A stretch of DNA of 64,000 bases, taken from the NCBI RefSeq assembly GCF_006345805.1, contig NC_043018.1:22196001-22260000 (forward strand), read 5' to 3'. The notes under the pieces were generated by a model that saw only the letters and a list, made by a program, of their open reading frames with translations, was not told where the DNA came from and ran no database searches. The DNA is from Octopus sinensis (Eukaryota). Of the stretch, positions 37,028 to 49,573 are shown piece after piece. Positions within the stretch are counted from its first letter, which is position 1; every line of letters begins with the position of its first letter. The position numbers and the translations under genes are program-made.

Positions 37028-37456
37028 AGGATCTTTTCGGTTTGAACGGCAGTTTTTTCTAGCGGTGTCATAGTAATAACAATAATACTTGTCACCCATA
37101 AGTATGACCCTAGTATCGATCTATTGCATTTCAATCTGTTTTAGGGTTAGGGCTAGGGGGAAGGGTATCTTTTTTTCTTCACAAATGTAAATAAACCCAA
37201 TATGTTTCTTAAACGAGGGACATATTCATACGGCACAGAATGTTTTTTTTTACCTCAATGGACGTCATTGATTGGTTGAAATTGCAGAAATTGAAGAAAA
37301 AAAACAACAAATATGTTACAAACTATAGAATTTTCTCAATAAAGCCAGGAGAAAAAGATGTTTTATAAATACATTCTACCAGTATACGTAGTTTAAAAGT
37401 GTTTAGTTACGTGGAAATTATTAAAAAAAAACTGCCGTTCAAACCGAAAATATCCC
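37028..37456 (+). mobile_element. MITE with about 30-bp TIRs and 3-bp TSD (AGA), possibly PIF/Harbinger-like
   Basis: aggatcttttcggtttgaacggcagtttttt / aaaaaactgccgttcaaaccgaaaatatccc; internal ttttagggttagggctaggg. Confidence 0.8.
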
Positions 37457-39096
37457 AGATAAAATTTAACAAAAACTTATACTGACCCCTCAAGGGTCGT
37501 GTGGAGCCCACCAAGGTTATATGGAACACGACTGAGAACCATTGATGCAGACGCCCGTACGGTGGGGGCCTTGTTACAGTTGCAGCTGTTGCTGCTGCTC
37601 AGTGAATCGTTTCAGTAATACTCTGTTCGTGTCCATCGTACCGATTCCATTCAGCCTACACCCAAGAAATACGAACCAAACCCCCAGTTTATATATTTAT
37701 TCATTTCTTTAAAATGTAAGCAATTTAATCTTGCTTTAACAAACACCTAAGTTTTTTTTGAGTTTGCTGGTCATATCTCATTCTCTGTGTGTTTTTTTTC
37801 TAATCACAGACTTTCTTTGTTTTATATAGCAACACATTCGTCTCCCACACACGCACACACACACACACACATACCGTCTCTTTTCCATCATAAATTCTTC
37901 TTCGCCTCTTTCTCTCCTCTTCCTCTATCTTCATCACTGCAACACCACTCCTATCTTTCTTTGTTTTAAGCTACTGGCTTCTTTATACTCGTCGTCTGTC
38001 TTCCAACAGCCCTGCTCTCTCTTTCATTCTTTCTCTCTCATTCATTTCCTTTCTCCCCTATCACCATCGTTTTATACACCTGTCGTCTCTCTTACACATA
38101 TTCTCTCCTGGTTTCCTTTTCTTTTCCTCTTTCCCCTACGCTAGCACACCTTCCTTTCACATACAGACATACAACCTCACTCTCTAACTTTTTCAGTGAT
38201 TCTTTTTCTGCCCTTATTCTTCATTTTCTCTTTGTTTTATTCTTTATCTTCATCATTCTCCATCTCTTTTATCTCTGAATATTTTCTTTCAGCCTCTCTT
38301 TCAATTTCACCCCCCCCACCTCATCCTCTCGCATCATCTATCTCATCTTTTGCCCCCTCCTTCCATCTGCAATCATCCACCTCACCCAAGTCTGCTTTCT
38401 TTTCACCAAGTCTTTTCTCGTGTTCACATTCCACACACGTTACATGCCAGTCACTGCTGCCACTTGGATAAAGAAACACTAAATCCGCCATTTTCTTTTT
38501 ACAACAAATATCTTTTCTTTAACCAAAACAAACAAACAAAAAAAAACCCCAGAACTTTTTCTAAAACTACTCTCATTGCCCTTCATCTCTTGAAATGCCA
38601 ATTACATAGACTTTGTTTTTAAAAAATCGATCTCTGTTCTTATTACCTCATTCTAGTCAATTGTTTCTTCTTTTTCTAGAACTGTGGAATTCAGTCTCAT
38701 TCACATCCATTTACATCACGCATCTTTTACAATTAGTATTTGAAATACCCTCTGTCCATCAATATTTACCACCACAGCCAAACCGTCCTCCTTCTCCTCC
38801 ACTCCATCGTGACTTAGATTCAATCCCCAGATTAAGTCAGTTCACTCCATCGTATAGCAACTACAAGACTCCCGAGATTAAGTCTATTTAGTTCTCTCTC
38901 AGGACTTTGCGTCGAGTCCCGAATAATTATAAATGATAATTTTTAGTCATAACAATAATACTTGTTTAATATATTTCCCACGAGAACCAATACGTGAAAG
39001 CAAAGGTAATATAAGACTTATGATGAGAGGCGGGCAAAGAAATCGTAATAAAATATATTATAATATTAAAATTTTGATAAACTACAAATACGGTAT

Positions 39097-39491
39097 ATCT
39101 TTATATATAAAAGTAAGGTTGTGTGTCTGTCTCCTACGATTTAGATTCCTAACTACTCCCACATTTTGCAGTGCAGTTTAACCAAAACCGGGTATCTTAT
39201 AGTCGTGATTCATATCGAGCCCTTCTGGGTATTAGCGCGCGTCTACGATGAGTCTACGATTTTAAAAATAATTTACCATCATTTTTTTCCATTTTAATGC
39301 ATTTTTTCGCTATTATATAAGAGAAGTAACTCTCTAAAAATGTCTATGATGAGTCAACGATTTAAAAAAAATTACCATCATTTTTTTCCATTTTTAATGC
39401 ATTTTTTTGCTATTTTTTGGCTATAACTCTCTAAAAATGCTTTATAGTTATTTCCCTTACAAACCCGAGCAACGCCGGGCGATACTGCTAG
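39097..39491 (+). mobile_element. Non-autonomous Helitron
   Basis: A|TC...cccgagcaacgccggg hairpin...CTAG|T; 3' module shared with 15675-16048. Confidence 0.88.
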
Positions 39492-40599
39492 TAATACATA
39501 AAACGTGCATGTTTGTGTGTGTTAGTTAAAATGTTTGCTCAAAGCCACGTCATTTGGGGTTCATTTCCATTACGCGACTCATGGGACAACGTCTATATTA
39601 ATACCGGGTCAGCCAATGCCTGGTGAGTTTATTCGGATGACGGAATCTGTGTGTTCTACCCTAGCTGCTTGATAGTCTAGATTTGTTCTCCCTCCACCCC
39701 CATAACACATCAGTTCGGCAAAAGGGTACTATAGAATAAGTACTGGGTTTCGTGACAGTGCGATACGAAGCATGCTTCCTAACTGTATGGTTCTGGGTTC
39801 AGTCCCACTGCGTGGTACCTTGGAAGCCTTGTGGGTAAACTCGATGGACGAAATGGCAAAGAAGCCCGTCGTGTATGTGTATATGCGGGATCTTTGTGCC
39901 TGTGTTTGTTCCCCTACACCTCTTGAAAACAAGTGTTGCTTTGTTTACGTTCCTGTGACTTAGCGGTTCAGCCAAAAATTGTTTGTAAGCCCAATACTTA
40001 TTCTATCGGTCCCTTTTGCCGAACTGCTAAGTTACGGGGAACGAAACATAGCAATATAGATTGTCAAGTGACGGTGGGAGAACAAAATATGACGGGCTTC
40101 TTTCAGTTTCCATCTACCAAATCCACTCACAGGGCTTTGGTCGGCCCAAGGCTATAGCAGAAAACACTTGCCCAAGGTGCCGCGCAGTGGGACTGAGCCC
40201 GGAATCATGTGGTTGGAACCAAGTTTCTTACCACACAGCCATTCTTGCGCCTGCACACATACATATTATATATCAAACAATATATCATTGTATTCGATAT
40301 GTGTTGATGTAGGAGTCTACTCTGCCACTTCAGATACGGCATTGAATGCCATGGAGATATGGAAAGAATGTTAAACCTACAAAAATACAATTGCTAAGAA
40401 ATCTTAAAACACCGGATCGTTGCAGACTGGAGCAGCCCTGATGGCGTCTAACTTTCTCTTTGCCTTGTATACAGTAAATTGGATAATCTAATTTAGATCT
40501 TAGCAGTAAGCTTAACCTCTTAAATACTTTTATCTTTTGCTTAATATTCCAAGGCTTACTGAAAACAAATTCCATAATGATCAATCAAGATTATTTCTA

Positions 40600-41720
40600 T
40601 TTATTTATTTTCCATTCATTCTGCTTATTCAACTACCTTGCTGCCAGTCTACCTGTGCTACCTACTATATATCTTACCTTCGTACCTAGCTGTCTATCCT
40701 ACCTACCTACCTACCGACCTACCTATATTCCCATCTTATCAATGTACCTAGCTGTCTCTATCGCAACTACCTACCCATGAAACAACCAAACTACTTTTTA
40801 AACCGCTTACTTACCCACCTATCTCTCTACACACATAACTACCAACCATCCTACTCATTTCTAAACTTTCTTTCCTGCCCTCCTACTTACCAAGCAGTTT
40901 ACTAACCCACCTCTCTTAGCTTTCTGTCTATTGCCCAACTGATCTACCTTCTTATCTATCACTACACCTATTTGTCTACCCATTCATCCACTACCCTCTC
41001 GTTACTAGATATAAAAGTAACACCCAACACCAGGAAGGCTACGACCAGATTGCCATACATGTCGCGATTTCCATATTACTCATTTTTGCTGAGTGGACTA
41101 GAGCGACGTGGAAGTGTTATATTCAAGAACACGACGCATTGCTCGGTTCAGGAATCGAACCCACAATCTTTGATCAGCAGTGCAACCCCCTAACCACTAA
41201 GCCACGCGATCCCACTAATATATACATATTACAAACACGCATACACACCTGTCCACCTACCTAACGTCTGCCTAAATCCCTAGTACTCGCCTGGAACTAC
41301 CCACATCCAGATCTATTTTCATTACTGTCTACCCGTTTAACCACCTACTTTCTGTCTGTTTCCCCACCTCGCAAGTGTCTATTATGCACCTATTTCTTTA
41401 CTACCCACAAGGGGCTAAACACAGAGAGGAGAAACAAGGGCAGACACACGGAGTAAGTCCATTATATCGACCCCAGTGCGTAACTGGTACTTATTTAATC
41501 GACCCCGGAAGGATGAAAGGCAAAGTCGACCTCGGCGGAATTTGAACTCAGAACGTAGCTAAGCATTTCGCCCGGCGTGCTAACGATTCTGCCAGCTCGC
41601 CTATTATGCATCTACCCACCACCCATCTTCCTGCCTACCTACCCTAAAAAGGTTCGCCCATCTTATTGCCCACATAAGTATCTGTTGCCCACTTACCTAC
41701 TTATTCGCCACTAAAGCTTC
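40600..41720. repeat. Degenerate (CCTA/CTAC)-rich low-complexity tract with embedded family D (41030-41210) and B (41392-41620) SINEs
   Basis: Recurring acctacct/ctaccta words; B copy has TSD ctattatgca(c/t)ct. Confidence 0.7.
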
Positions 41721-41892
41721 CCTACGCACCCACCGGTGCTCCAAATTAACCAACCAACGCTTTCAAACGTTTACTGGTGACAATGAGACACGCTCAGCAA
41801 AATATCTGTTCTTCAAATTTCCTGTAACAATTATTCTGTCAATCATGTTAACACACACACACACACACAGCCTTTGATATAAATCGGCTTAG

Positions 41893-42680
41893 AGGCGGCG
41901 AGCTGGCAGAAACGTTAGCGCGCCGGGCGAAATGCTTAGCGGTATTTCGTCTGCCGCTACGTTCTGAGTTCAAATTCCGCCGAGGTCGACTTTGCCTTTC
42001 ATCCTTTCGGGGTCGATAAATTAAGTACCAGTTACGAACTGGGGTCGATATAATCGACTTAATCCGTTTGTCTGTCCTTGTTTGTCCCCTCTGTATGTAG
42101 CCCCTTGTGGGTAGTAAAGAAATAGGTATTTCGTCTGTCGTTACGTTCTGAGTTCAAATTCCGCCGAGGTCGACTTTGCCTTTCATCCTTTCAGGGTCGA
42201 TTAAATAAGTATCAGTTACGTACTGGGGTCGATGTAATCGACTTAATCCGTTTGTCTGTCCTTGTTTGTCCTCTCTGTGTTTAGTCCCTTGTGGGTAGTT
42301 AGGAAATAGGTATTTCACCTGTCTTTACGTTCTGGGTTCAAATTCCGCCAAGGTCGATAAATTAAGTACCAGTTGCGTATTAGGTTCGATGTAATCGACT
42401 GGCCCCCTCCCCCAAAATTTCGGGCATTGTGCCTAGAGTAGAAAAGTATATATGAAGGCGGCGAGATGGCGGAATCGTTAGCACGCTGGGTGAAATGCTT
42501 AGCGGTATTTTGTCTGTCTTTACGTTCTGAGTACAAATTCCGCCGAGGTCGACTTTGCCTTTCATCCTTTCGCGGTCGATAAATTAAGTACCAGTTGCGT
42601 ACTGGGGTCGACATAATCGACTGACCCCTTCCCCCCACTCCACAAAAATTTCGGTCCTTGTGCTTAGAGTAGAAAAGAAT
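41893..42680 (+). mobile_element. Family B SINE array
   Basis: Units joined at aaata|ggtattt (42125, 42309), then a separate short-tail copy. Confidence 0.9.
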
Positions 42681-42864
42681 ATAAATCAGCTTACACAATA
42701 TAAAAAAAAAAATCATTCTACATTTAGTTTTGTTTGTTCTTTTTTCTATTCTAGTCGTTACGTTTTTAAAAAATTATTTCTATCATTTAAAAAAAATTCC
42801 TGACAGATTTGTAAACCTCACGAGTCGTTAATACATTTACGTGCGTATCTTGTCGATATATAAA

Positions 42865-42924
<60 letters not shown>

Positions 42925-43274
42925 CACACACAGACAGAGATATGGTTACATACACATCACATAAAAAAAAATAGTACGTTATCTGTTAGCGAATTTAATT
43001 CGACATAAGTTGAAAGATGCTACGTTAATACTTTTATCTTTACAAAATGTTGTACAGATATTTCCTTTCGCGTTCTTAAGGCTATGATTTTGATGTTTCA
43101 TACTAAAATTCAACGAAACCGTAGTTTCACAAACACGCCTAATTTTTGTACGAGTGGAAAATTCCTTTTTGTGAGTTTAAATCTTGAATGCAGTATTAAC
43201 ACTCCAGAAGTCACTTAAACTAAAACTCGGAGAAAAGTATCATTAAACCTATGTCTTTGAATGAAATTACACTT

Positions 43275-43665
43275 AGGCGCAGGAGTGGCTGTGTGGTAAG
43301 TAGCTTGTTTACCAACCACATGGTTCCGGGTTCAGTCCCACTGCGTGGCACCTTGGGCAAATGTCTTCTACTATAGCCTCGGGCCGACCAAAGCCTTGTG
43401 AGTGGATTTGGTAGACGGAAACTGAAAGAAGCCTGTCGTATATATATATATATGTGTGTCTGTGTTTGTCCCCCTAGCATTGCTTGACAACCGGTGCTGG
43501 TGTGTTTGTGTCCCTGTAACTTAGCGGATCGGCAAAAGAGACCGATAGAATAAGTACTGGGCTTACAAAGAATAAGTCCCGGGGTCGATTTGCTCGACTA
43601 AAAAGGCGGTGCTCCAGCATGGCCGCAGTCAAATGACTGAAACAAGTAAAAGAGTAAAGAGTAAA
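43275..43665 (+). mobile_element. Family A SINE, near-consensus
   Basis: Complete. Confidence 0.92.
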
Positions 43666-43930
43666 TTCCGATCTGGTTAGAGCTATGCTGGAAAGTTCCT
43701 GGTTTTAAGGGTATCCCGAAAAGTTTAAGCTGTTACCTTTACAGGTGAGGGAATTCATTTCCTTCGATATTACACTGTGTCAAGCGAACTACAACCCCCA
43801 GTTTTACGGGATAAGCTTCCCTCCGATTTTGAAGATTGAAAATTCTCTGTGAGATCTGATACTATAGCCTCGGGCCGACCAAAGCCTTTTGAATTGATTT
43901 GGTAGACGAAAACTGAAAGAAGCCTGTCGT

Positions 43931-44133
43931 GACCTCGTCTGCATCACTAGCGATTTTTTTCCCGTCTTCCCTTCTCGGGATCTTTCCTTCTCCTATGTTT
44001 CCGACGAAGAGCTCCGCTCGAAACGTCAAACCCTCCTTCTTCCCTTCTCTCCTGAGCGTCCAATAATACTTTATTTGTTCCACGTCCTTGCGTTGTTGTT
44101 TATTTGTTTTTGTTTTCTTGTTTGGATTAACTA
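43931..44133 (+). mobile_element. Penelope-like fragment (CCGACGA family) inside a family A SINE (43861-44392)
   Basis: Inserted where the SINE central TA tract begins (gcctgtcgt|); ends ggattaac|tatata. Confidence 0.7.
43997..44031 (+). ncRNA. Candidate ultra-minimal hammerhead with variant core
   Basis: GUUU CCGACGA A GAGC-UCC-GCUC GAAACG UC AAAC; GUC cleavage triplet. Confidence 0.55.
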
Positions 44134-45169
44134 TATATATGTATGTATGTATGTATGTGTGTATGTGTGTATGTGTGTATGTGTGTATGTGTGTATGTGT
44201 GTGTGTGTCCCCACAGCATCGCTTGACAACTGATGCTGGTGTGTTTACGTCTCCGTAACTTAGCGGTTCGGCAAAACTGACCGATAGAATAAGTACTAGG
44301 CTTACAAATAATAAGTCCTGGGATCGATTTGCTCGACTAAAGGCGGTGCTCCTGCATGGCCGCAGTCAAATGACTGAAACAAGTAAAAGAGTGGTATTGT
44401 GTTACCGGAAATTTCTCTTAGTTCGTTAAAGTTTCGATCTGAAGGCAGAAGATTTGTTTTTACAACGAGTTTACTCTAAAGCGAAGTGTTAACTCTATGA
44501 AATCACAGTTGGTCTTTAATCAGAACCAAATGTCCGCATCTAAATAGTAAGACAGAGCGAATTGATTGATTGATTGACTGTTCCGAGACTGAACTTCTCC
44601 GGTGATTTATTACCTGGTTCCGGCAATTATTTCTGACGAACTGAAGTCATGTAGAATAAATTGCGATATCAAGAAGAACCCCGAAACATCAGTAATGGAC
44701 TGGAACTAAGATGGTAAATTATTCTCTTCGTCTATAAATTCTTGCTAGTTTTTCCTTGGTGTTTTCTCTCATCGTGTGTTAGTGTGTGTGTGTGTGTGTG
44801 TGCCAGTGTCCTGTACTAATATATGCCGGCAATGAACATAAACAACGGCGAGAAAATGGAAAAGACCAGTGGTTTTTTAGCAATAATCTTTGCAATATTT
44901 GCTTCGCATCGAGTTACAGATACTCCCTGCATCACCTTTACCGTTAGAAATACAAGAGATCGGTGATTTGTTTATTGGGAAATCTGAAACTTAGTAAACG
45001 ACCTTGGTAATATTTGTTCTGCACTAAGTTAAAAAGACTCCCACTCTGGACGTTATTGTTCACCTATTGCAAAGGTAATTACAAAACAAATAAATGGTTA
45101 CTTTTTTTTTCTCCTAAATTAATACATTAACGATATATTACTATTTGTGAGGCCCGCGTCACAAAAAAG

Positions 45170-45560
45170 GCATGGCTGTGTGCTAAGAAGCTTGCTTACC
45201 AACCACATGGTTCCGGGTTCAGTCCTGTTGCGTGGCACTTTGGACAGGTGTCTTCTACTATAGCTTCAGGCCGGCCAAAGCCTTTTGAGTGGATTTGGTA
45301 GGCCGAAACTGAAAGAAGCCCGCCGTATATATGTGTGTGTGTGTGTGTTTGTATGTGTATATTTGTCTCCTACCACCGCTTGACAACCGATGTTGGTGTG
45401 CTTACGTCCCCGTTACTTAGCGGTTCGGCAAGAGGTCGTTAGAATAAGTACCAAGCTTTAAAAAAAAATAGTACTGGGGTGGATTCATTCGACTAAAAAT
45501 TCTTCAATGCTGTGCTACAGCATGGCCGCAATCCAACGACTGAAGCAAATAGAAAATATA
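45170..45560 (+). mobile_element. Older family A SINE
   Basis: Diverged head, CORE-like motif and tail. Confidence 0.8.
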
Positions 45561-46315
45561 TCAGAACCATGATTTTGAAAAGAAACAAAAAACGCCGGAA
45601 GATATTTTTTTTCTCTCAACTTCTAGAAGTACCTATAGATATTTTTTTTGAAAAAAAAAAAAAAGGATTTAAGTTTTAAAGTTGTGGTTAATGTAGAGAA
45701 AACCAAACAAGCTATGATGGCAAGGAGGATGTTTATTGGTTCAAAACAAAAACAACAAAACTAAATCATAAATAAACTCAGCAAAAACAACCTCCCCCCC
45801 CCCCACAAAAAAAAAAAAGCGAGAAAAACCAACATAGATTTGTCTTTATTTTATATCCTGCTCTCAATAACTTTTGCTGCACTGTTACCATGTGTTCCAG
45901 CTTACCAAAACCCTTCGAACGCCACATGCTAGCGGGAAGTAGATCTATTTCCGTAAACAAAATACCCAAGCATCTAAATTCTCCAAGTTAATTTAGGCAT
46001 TCTTTTGGTTTCTTAACATCCAACATATGGCGGGTTTATTATTATTATTTTTTAAATTATTATTTGGATATCCCGGCGCTTATGTCACAGACAGTATCTA
46101 CCAGCTTCTTGGTAACTCCGAAGAGGGCATTGATACAATGGAGGCTTAATTCTAAATCTAAAGCCAAACCAAACGAAACTTTGGAGATGACTAATTATAT
46201 ACGGCTATGGGGTTAGGGGAATGACACTGAAGAAAACAAGTGTTAGTCCCACCCATTTTCCCCGCTCTCTGTTCCCGAAAGTGTCGTGAGGGGAGAGTCC
46301 CACGAGAAGCAACCT

Positions 46316-46745
46316 ATTTCTTTACTACCCAGAAGGGGCGAAATATAGAAGGGACAATCAAGGACAGACATAGGTATTAAGTCGATTATATCGACCCCAG
46401 TGCGTAACTGGTACTTAATTTATCGACCCCGAAAGGATGAAAGGCAAAGTCGACCTCGGCGGAATTTGAACTCACAACGTAACGACAGACGAAATACGGC
46501 TACGCATTTCGCCCGGCGTACTAACCATTCTGCCAGCTCGCCAGACGTCAGACTTTCTGTCAAGATTCCCAGACGTGACCAACTGAAACTATATCCTTTT
46601 CTACTCTAGGTACAAGGTCCGAAATTTTCGGTGAGGGGGGCTAGTCGATTAGATCGACCCCACAACGTAACTGGTACTTAATTTATCGACCCCGAAAGGA
46701 TAAAAGACGAAGTCGATCTCTGCGGAAATTGAACTCAGAACCGAG
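46316..46745 (-). mobile_element. Two adjacent family B SINEs (long tail, short tail)
   Basis: Body motifs in reverse complement. Confidence 0.85.
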
Positions 46746-47528
46746 ACTATAGATATTATTCAACCAATATCGTTCTTTATCTCCTAGGCCTCTTGCAGGC
46801 TGGTTTGGTTTGGAGATTCCATCCTGCGGTTCTTTCCTGCGACATTCTAATCACATGACCCGTCGTACCATAATTTAGAATTTGGCTGATAGCTTCTTAT
46901 ATCTTTTACTTAATTCAGTCATTAGATTTGCGTCCATACTGGGGCACCACATTGAAAAAATTTTAGTCAAACTAATCAACACCAGTACTTCCTTTTGTTT
47001 TTGTAAAGCCTAGTACTTATTTTATCGGTGTCTTTTGCCGGACTAAGTTACAGGGGCGTAAACACACCAACAGCGGTTGTCAAGCGTGATAGGATACAAA
47101 CAGAAAAACACACACGCACACACACAATATATATCTATTCGTGTGTGTATGTGTGTATGACGGGCTTCTTTCAGTTTCCGTTCAGCAAATCCAATCACAA
47201 AGCCTTGGTCAGTCCGAGGCCAACCAAGTAGAAGATACTTGACTAAGGTGCCACGGAGTGGGATGGAACTCGGACCCATGCGGTTGGGAAACAAACTTCT
47301 TACCACACAGCCACACGAATTCTTCCCCTTTTATTTTATTTTTCTCGAACCCTTGGACTCCTCAGATCGGTTACTAGATTTCCAAGGCGCGTGAGTCACA
47401 GGATTCATTGCCAACAACATTTGAAGGGTCGGGGTAAGTCAAATACATCGACCCTAACACGCGAGCGCCGAATAGCAAAGTTGACCTCGGGATTTGAACT
47501 CAGAACATAAAAAGCCGGAAGAAATACC

Positions 47529-47753
47529 TATTTCTTTATTACCCACAAGGGGCTAAACACAGAGGTGACAAACAAGGACAGACAAACGGATTAAGTCGAT
47601 TACATCGACCCCAGTGCGTAACTGGTTCTTATTTCATCGACCCCGAAAGGATGAAAGGCAAAGTCGACCTCGGCGGAATTTGAACTCAGAACGTAGCGGC
47701 AGACAAAATACTGGAAAGCATTTCGCCCGGCGCGCTAACGTTTCTGCAATCAC
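47529..47753 (-). mobile_element. Family B long-tail SINE nested in an older B-like SINE
   Basis: 15-bp TSD gccggaagaaatacc at 47514-47528 and 47754-47768. Confidence 0.9.
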
Positions 47754-48116
47754 GCCGGAAGAAATACCGATAAGCATTTCGTCCGGCACGTTATCGATTC
47801 CGGTTGCTCACCGCATCTTAATATTAAAGAATATTTAATTAAAATTGAAATCGCCCACTTGTTTTAAATTCTTTATTATTGCAAAATTCTTTATTATTCT
47901 TGTAGTGACTACTTACCATCCACTCATTCAGCAACTCATAAACTTTTGTCGTCCATAACCTTGGTAATGCATGAATGAGAAAACGGTACCAGAAGCAGAT
48001 AGAGATAGAAAACTGTAAACAACAGGATGTTGTTCAACTGTACAGGAAGGATTTACAAAAGAAAACCATAGAGTGATTTTGATGTGTGTTATTGTATGGT
48101 ATAGCTGTCCGTCCGT

Positions 48117-48157
<41 letters not shown>

Positions 48158-48221
48158 TGTCTGTGTTTGGGAGAGAGAGAGAATGTGTGTGTGTGTGTTT
48201 GTGAGAGAGTGTCTGTGTTTG

Positions 48222-48285
<64 letters not shown>

Positions 48286-48720
48286 TGTCTGTGTTTGGGA
48301 GAGAGAGAGTGTGTGTGTGTTTGTGAGAGAGATTTTGTGTGTGTGTGTGTGACGGGCTTCTTTCAGTTTCCGTTCAGCAAATCCAATCACAAAGCCTTGG
48401 TCAGTCCGAGGCCGACCAAGTAGAAGATACTTGACTAAGGTACCACGGAGTGGGACGGAACTCGGATCCATGCGGTTGGGAAGCAAACTTCTTACCACAC
48501 AGCCACACGCATTCTTACCATTTTGTCTTATTTTTCTCGAACACTTGGACTCCTCAGATCGGTTACTAGATTTCCAAGGCGCGTGAGTCACAGGATTCAT
48601 TGCCAACAACATTTGAAGGGTCGGGGTAAGTCAAATACATCGACCCTAACACGCGAGCGCCGAATAGCAAAGTTGACCTCGGGATTTGAACTCAGAACTT
48701 AAACAACCGGAAGAAATATC

Positions 48721-48960
48721 TATTTCTATTTCTTTATTACCCACAAGGGGCTAAACACAGAGGGGACAAACAAGGACAGACATAGGTATTAAGTCGATTA
48801 CATCGACCCCAGTGCGTAACTGGTACTTAATTTATCGACCCCGAATGGATGAAAGGCAAAGTCGACCTCGGCGGGATTTGAACTCAGAACGTAACGGCAG
48901 ACGAAATACGGCTACGCATTTCGCCCGGCGTGCCAACGATTCTGCCAGCTCACCACCCTC
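48721..48960 (-). mobile_element. Family B long-tail SINE of a different subfamily at the paralogous site
   Basis: TSD accggaagaaatatc / gccggaagaaatacc; about 20 differences and a different 5' end from 47529-47753. Confidence 0.88.
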
Positions 48961-49299
48961 GCCGGAAGAAATACCGATAAGCATTTCGTCCGGCACGTTA
49001 TCGATTCCGGTTGCTCACCGCATCTTAATATTAAAGAATATTTAATCAAAATTGAAATCGCCCACTTGTTTTAAATTCTTTATTATTGCAAAATTCTTTA
49101 TTATTCTTGTAGTGACTACTTACCATCCACTCATTCAGCAACTCATAAACTTTTGTCGTCCATAACCTTGGTAATGCATGAATGAGAAAACGGTACCAGA
49201 AGCAGATAGAGATAGAAAACTGTAAACAACAGGATGTTGTTCAACTGTACAGGAAGGATTTACAAAAGAAAACCATAGAGTGATTTTGATGTGTGTTAT

Positions 49300-49323
49300 T
49301 GTATGGTATAGCTGTCCGTCCGT

Positions 49324-49366
<43 letters not shown>

Positions 49367-49537
49367 TGTCTGTGTTTGGGAGAGAGAGAGAATGTGTGTG
49401 TGTGTTTGTGAGAGAGTGTCTGTGTTTGTGCGAGAGAGAGAGAGAGAGAGAGAGGAGAGTGTGTGTGGTGTGTGTGTGTGAGAGAGAGAGTGTCTGTGTT
49501 TGGGAGAGAGAGAGTGTGTGTGTGTTTGTGAGAGAGA

Positions 49538-49573
<36 letters not shown>

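Larger units (their letters stand above)
47159..49552 (+). repeat. Tandem duplication, period about 1192 bp (47159-48350 / 48351-49552)
   Basis: gacgggcttctttcagtttccgttcagc at 47159 and 48351; unique downstream sequence nearly identical. Confidence 0.92.

Noticed and set aside
40517-40558. Minus-strand micro-exon KPWNIKQKIKVFK resembling the TMC channel N-terminal KPW motif
   Set aside because: Only 13 residues, weak donor, and no downstream PWE.KIK.IES.FG / SYF.FLRW exon found.
44612-45971. Further short open GT-AG segments on the minus strand (about 44612-44700, 44942-44983, 45904-45971) and on the plus strand (about 33830-33884)
   Set aside because: Phases do not chain consistently, they occur on both strands, and no homology was recognised; expected by chance.
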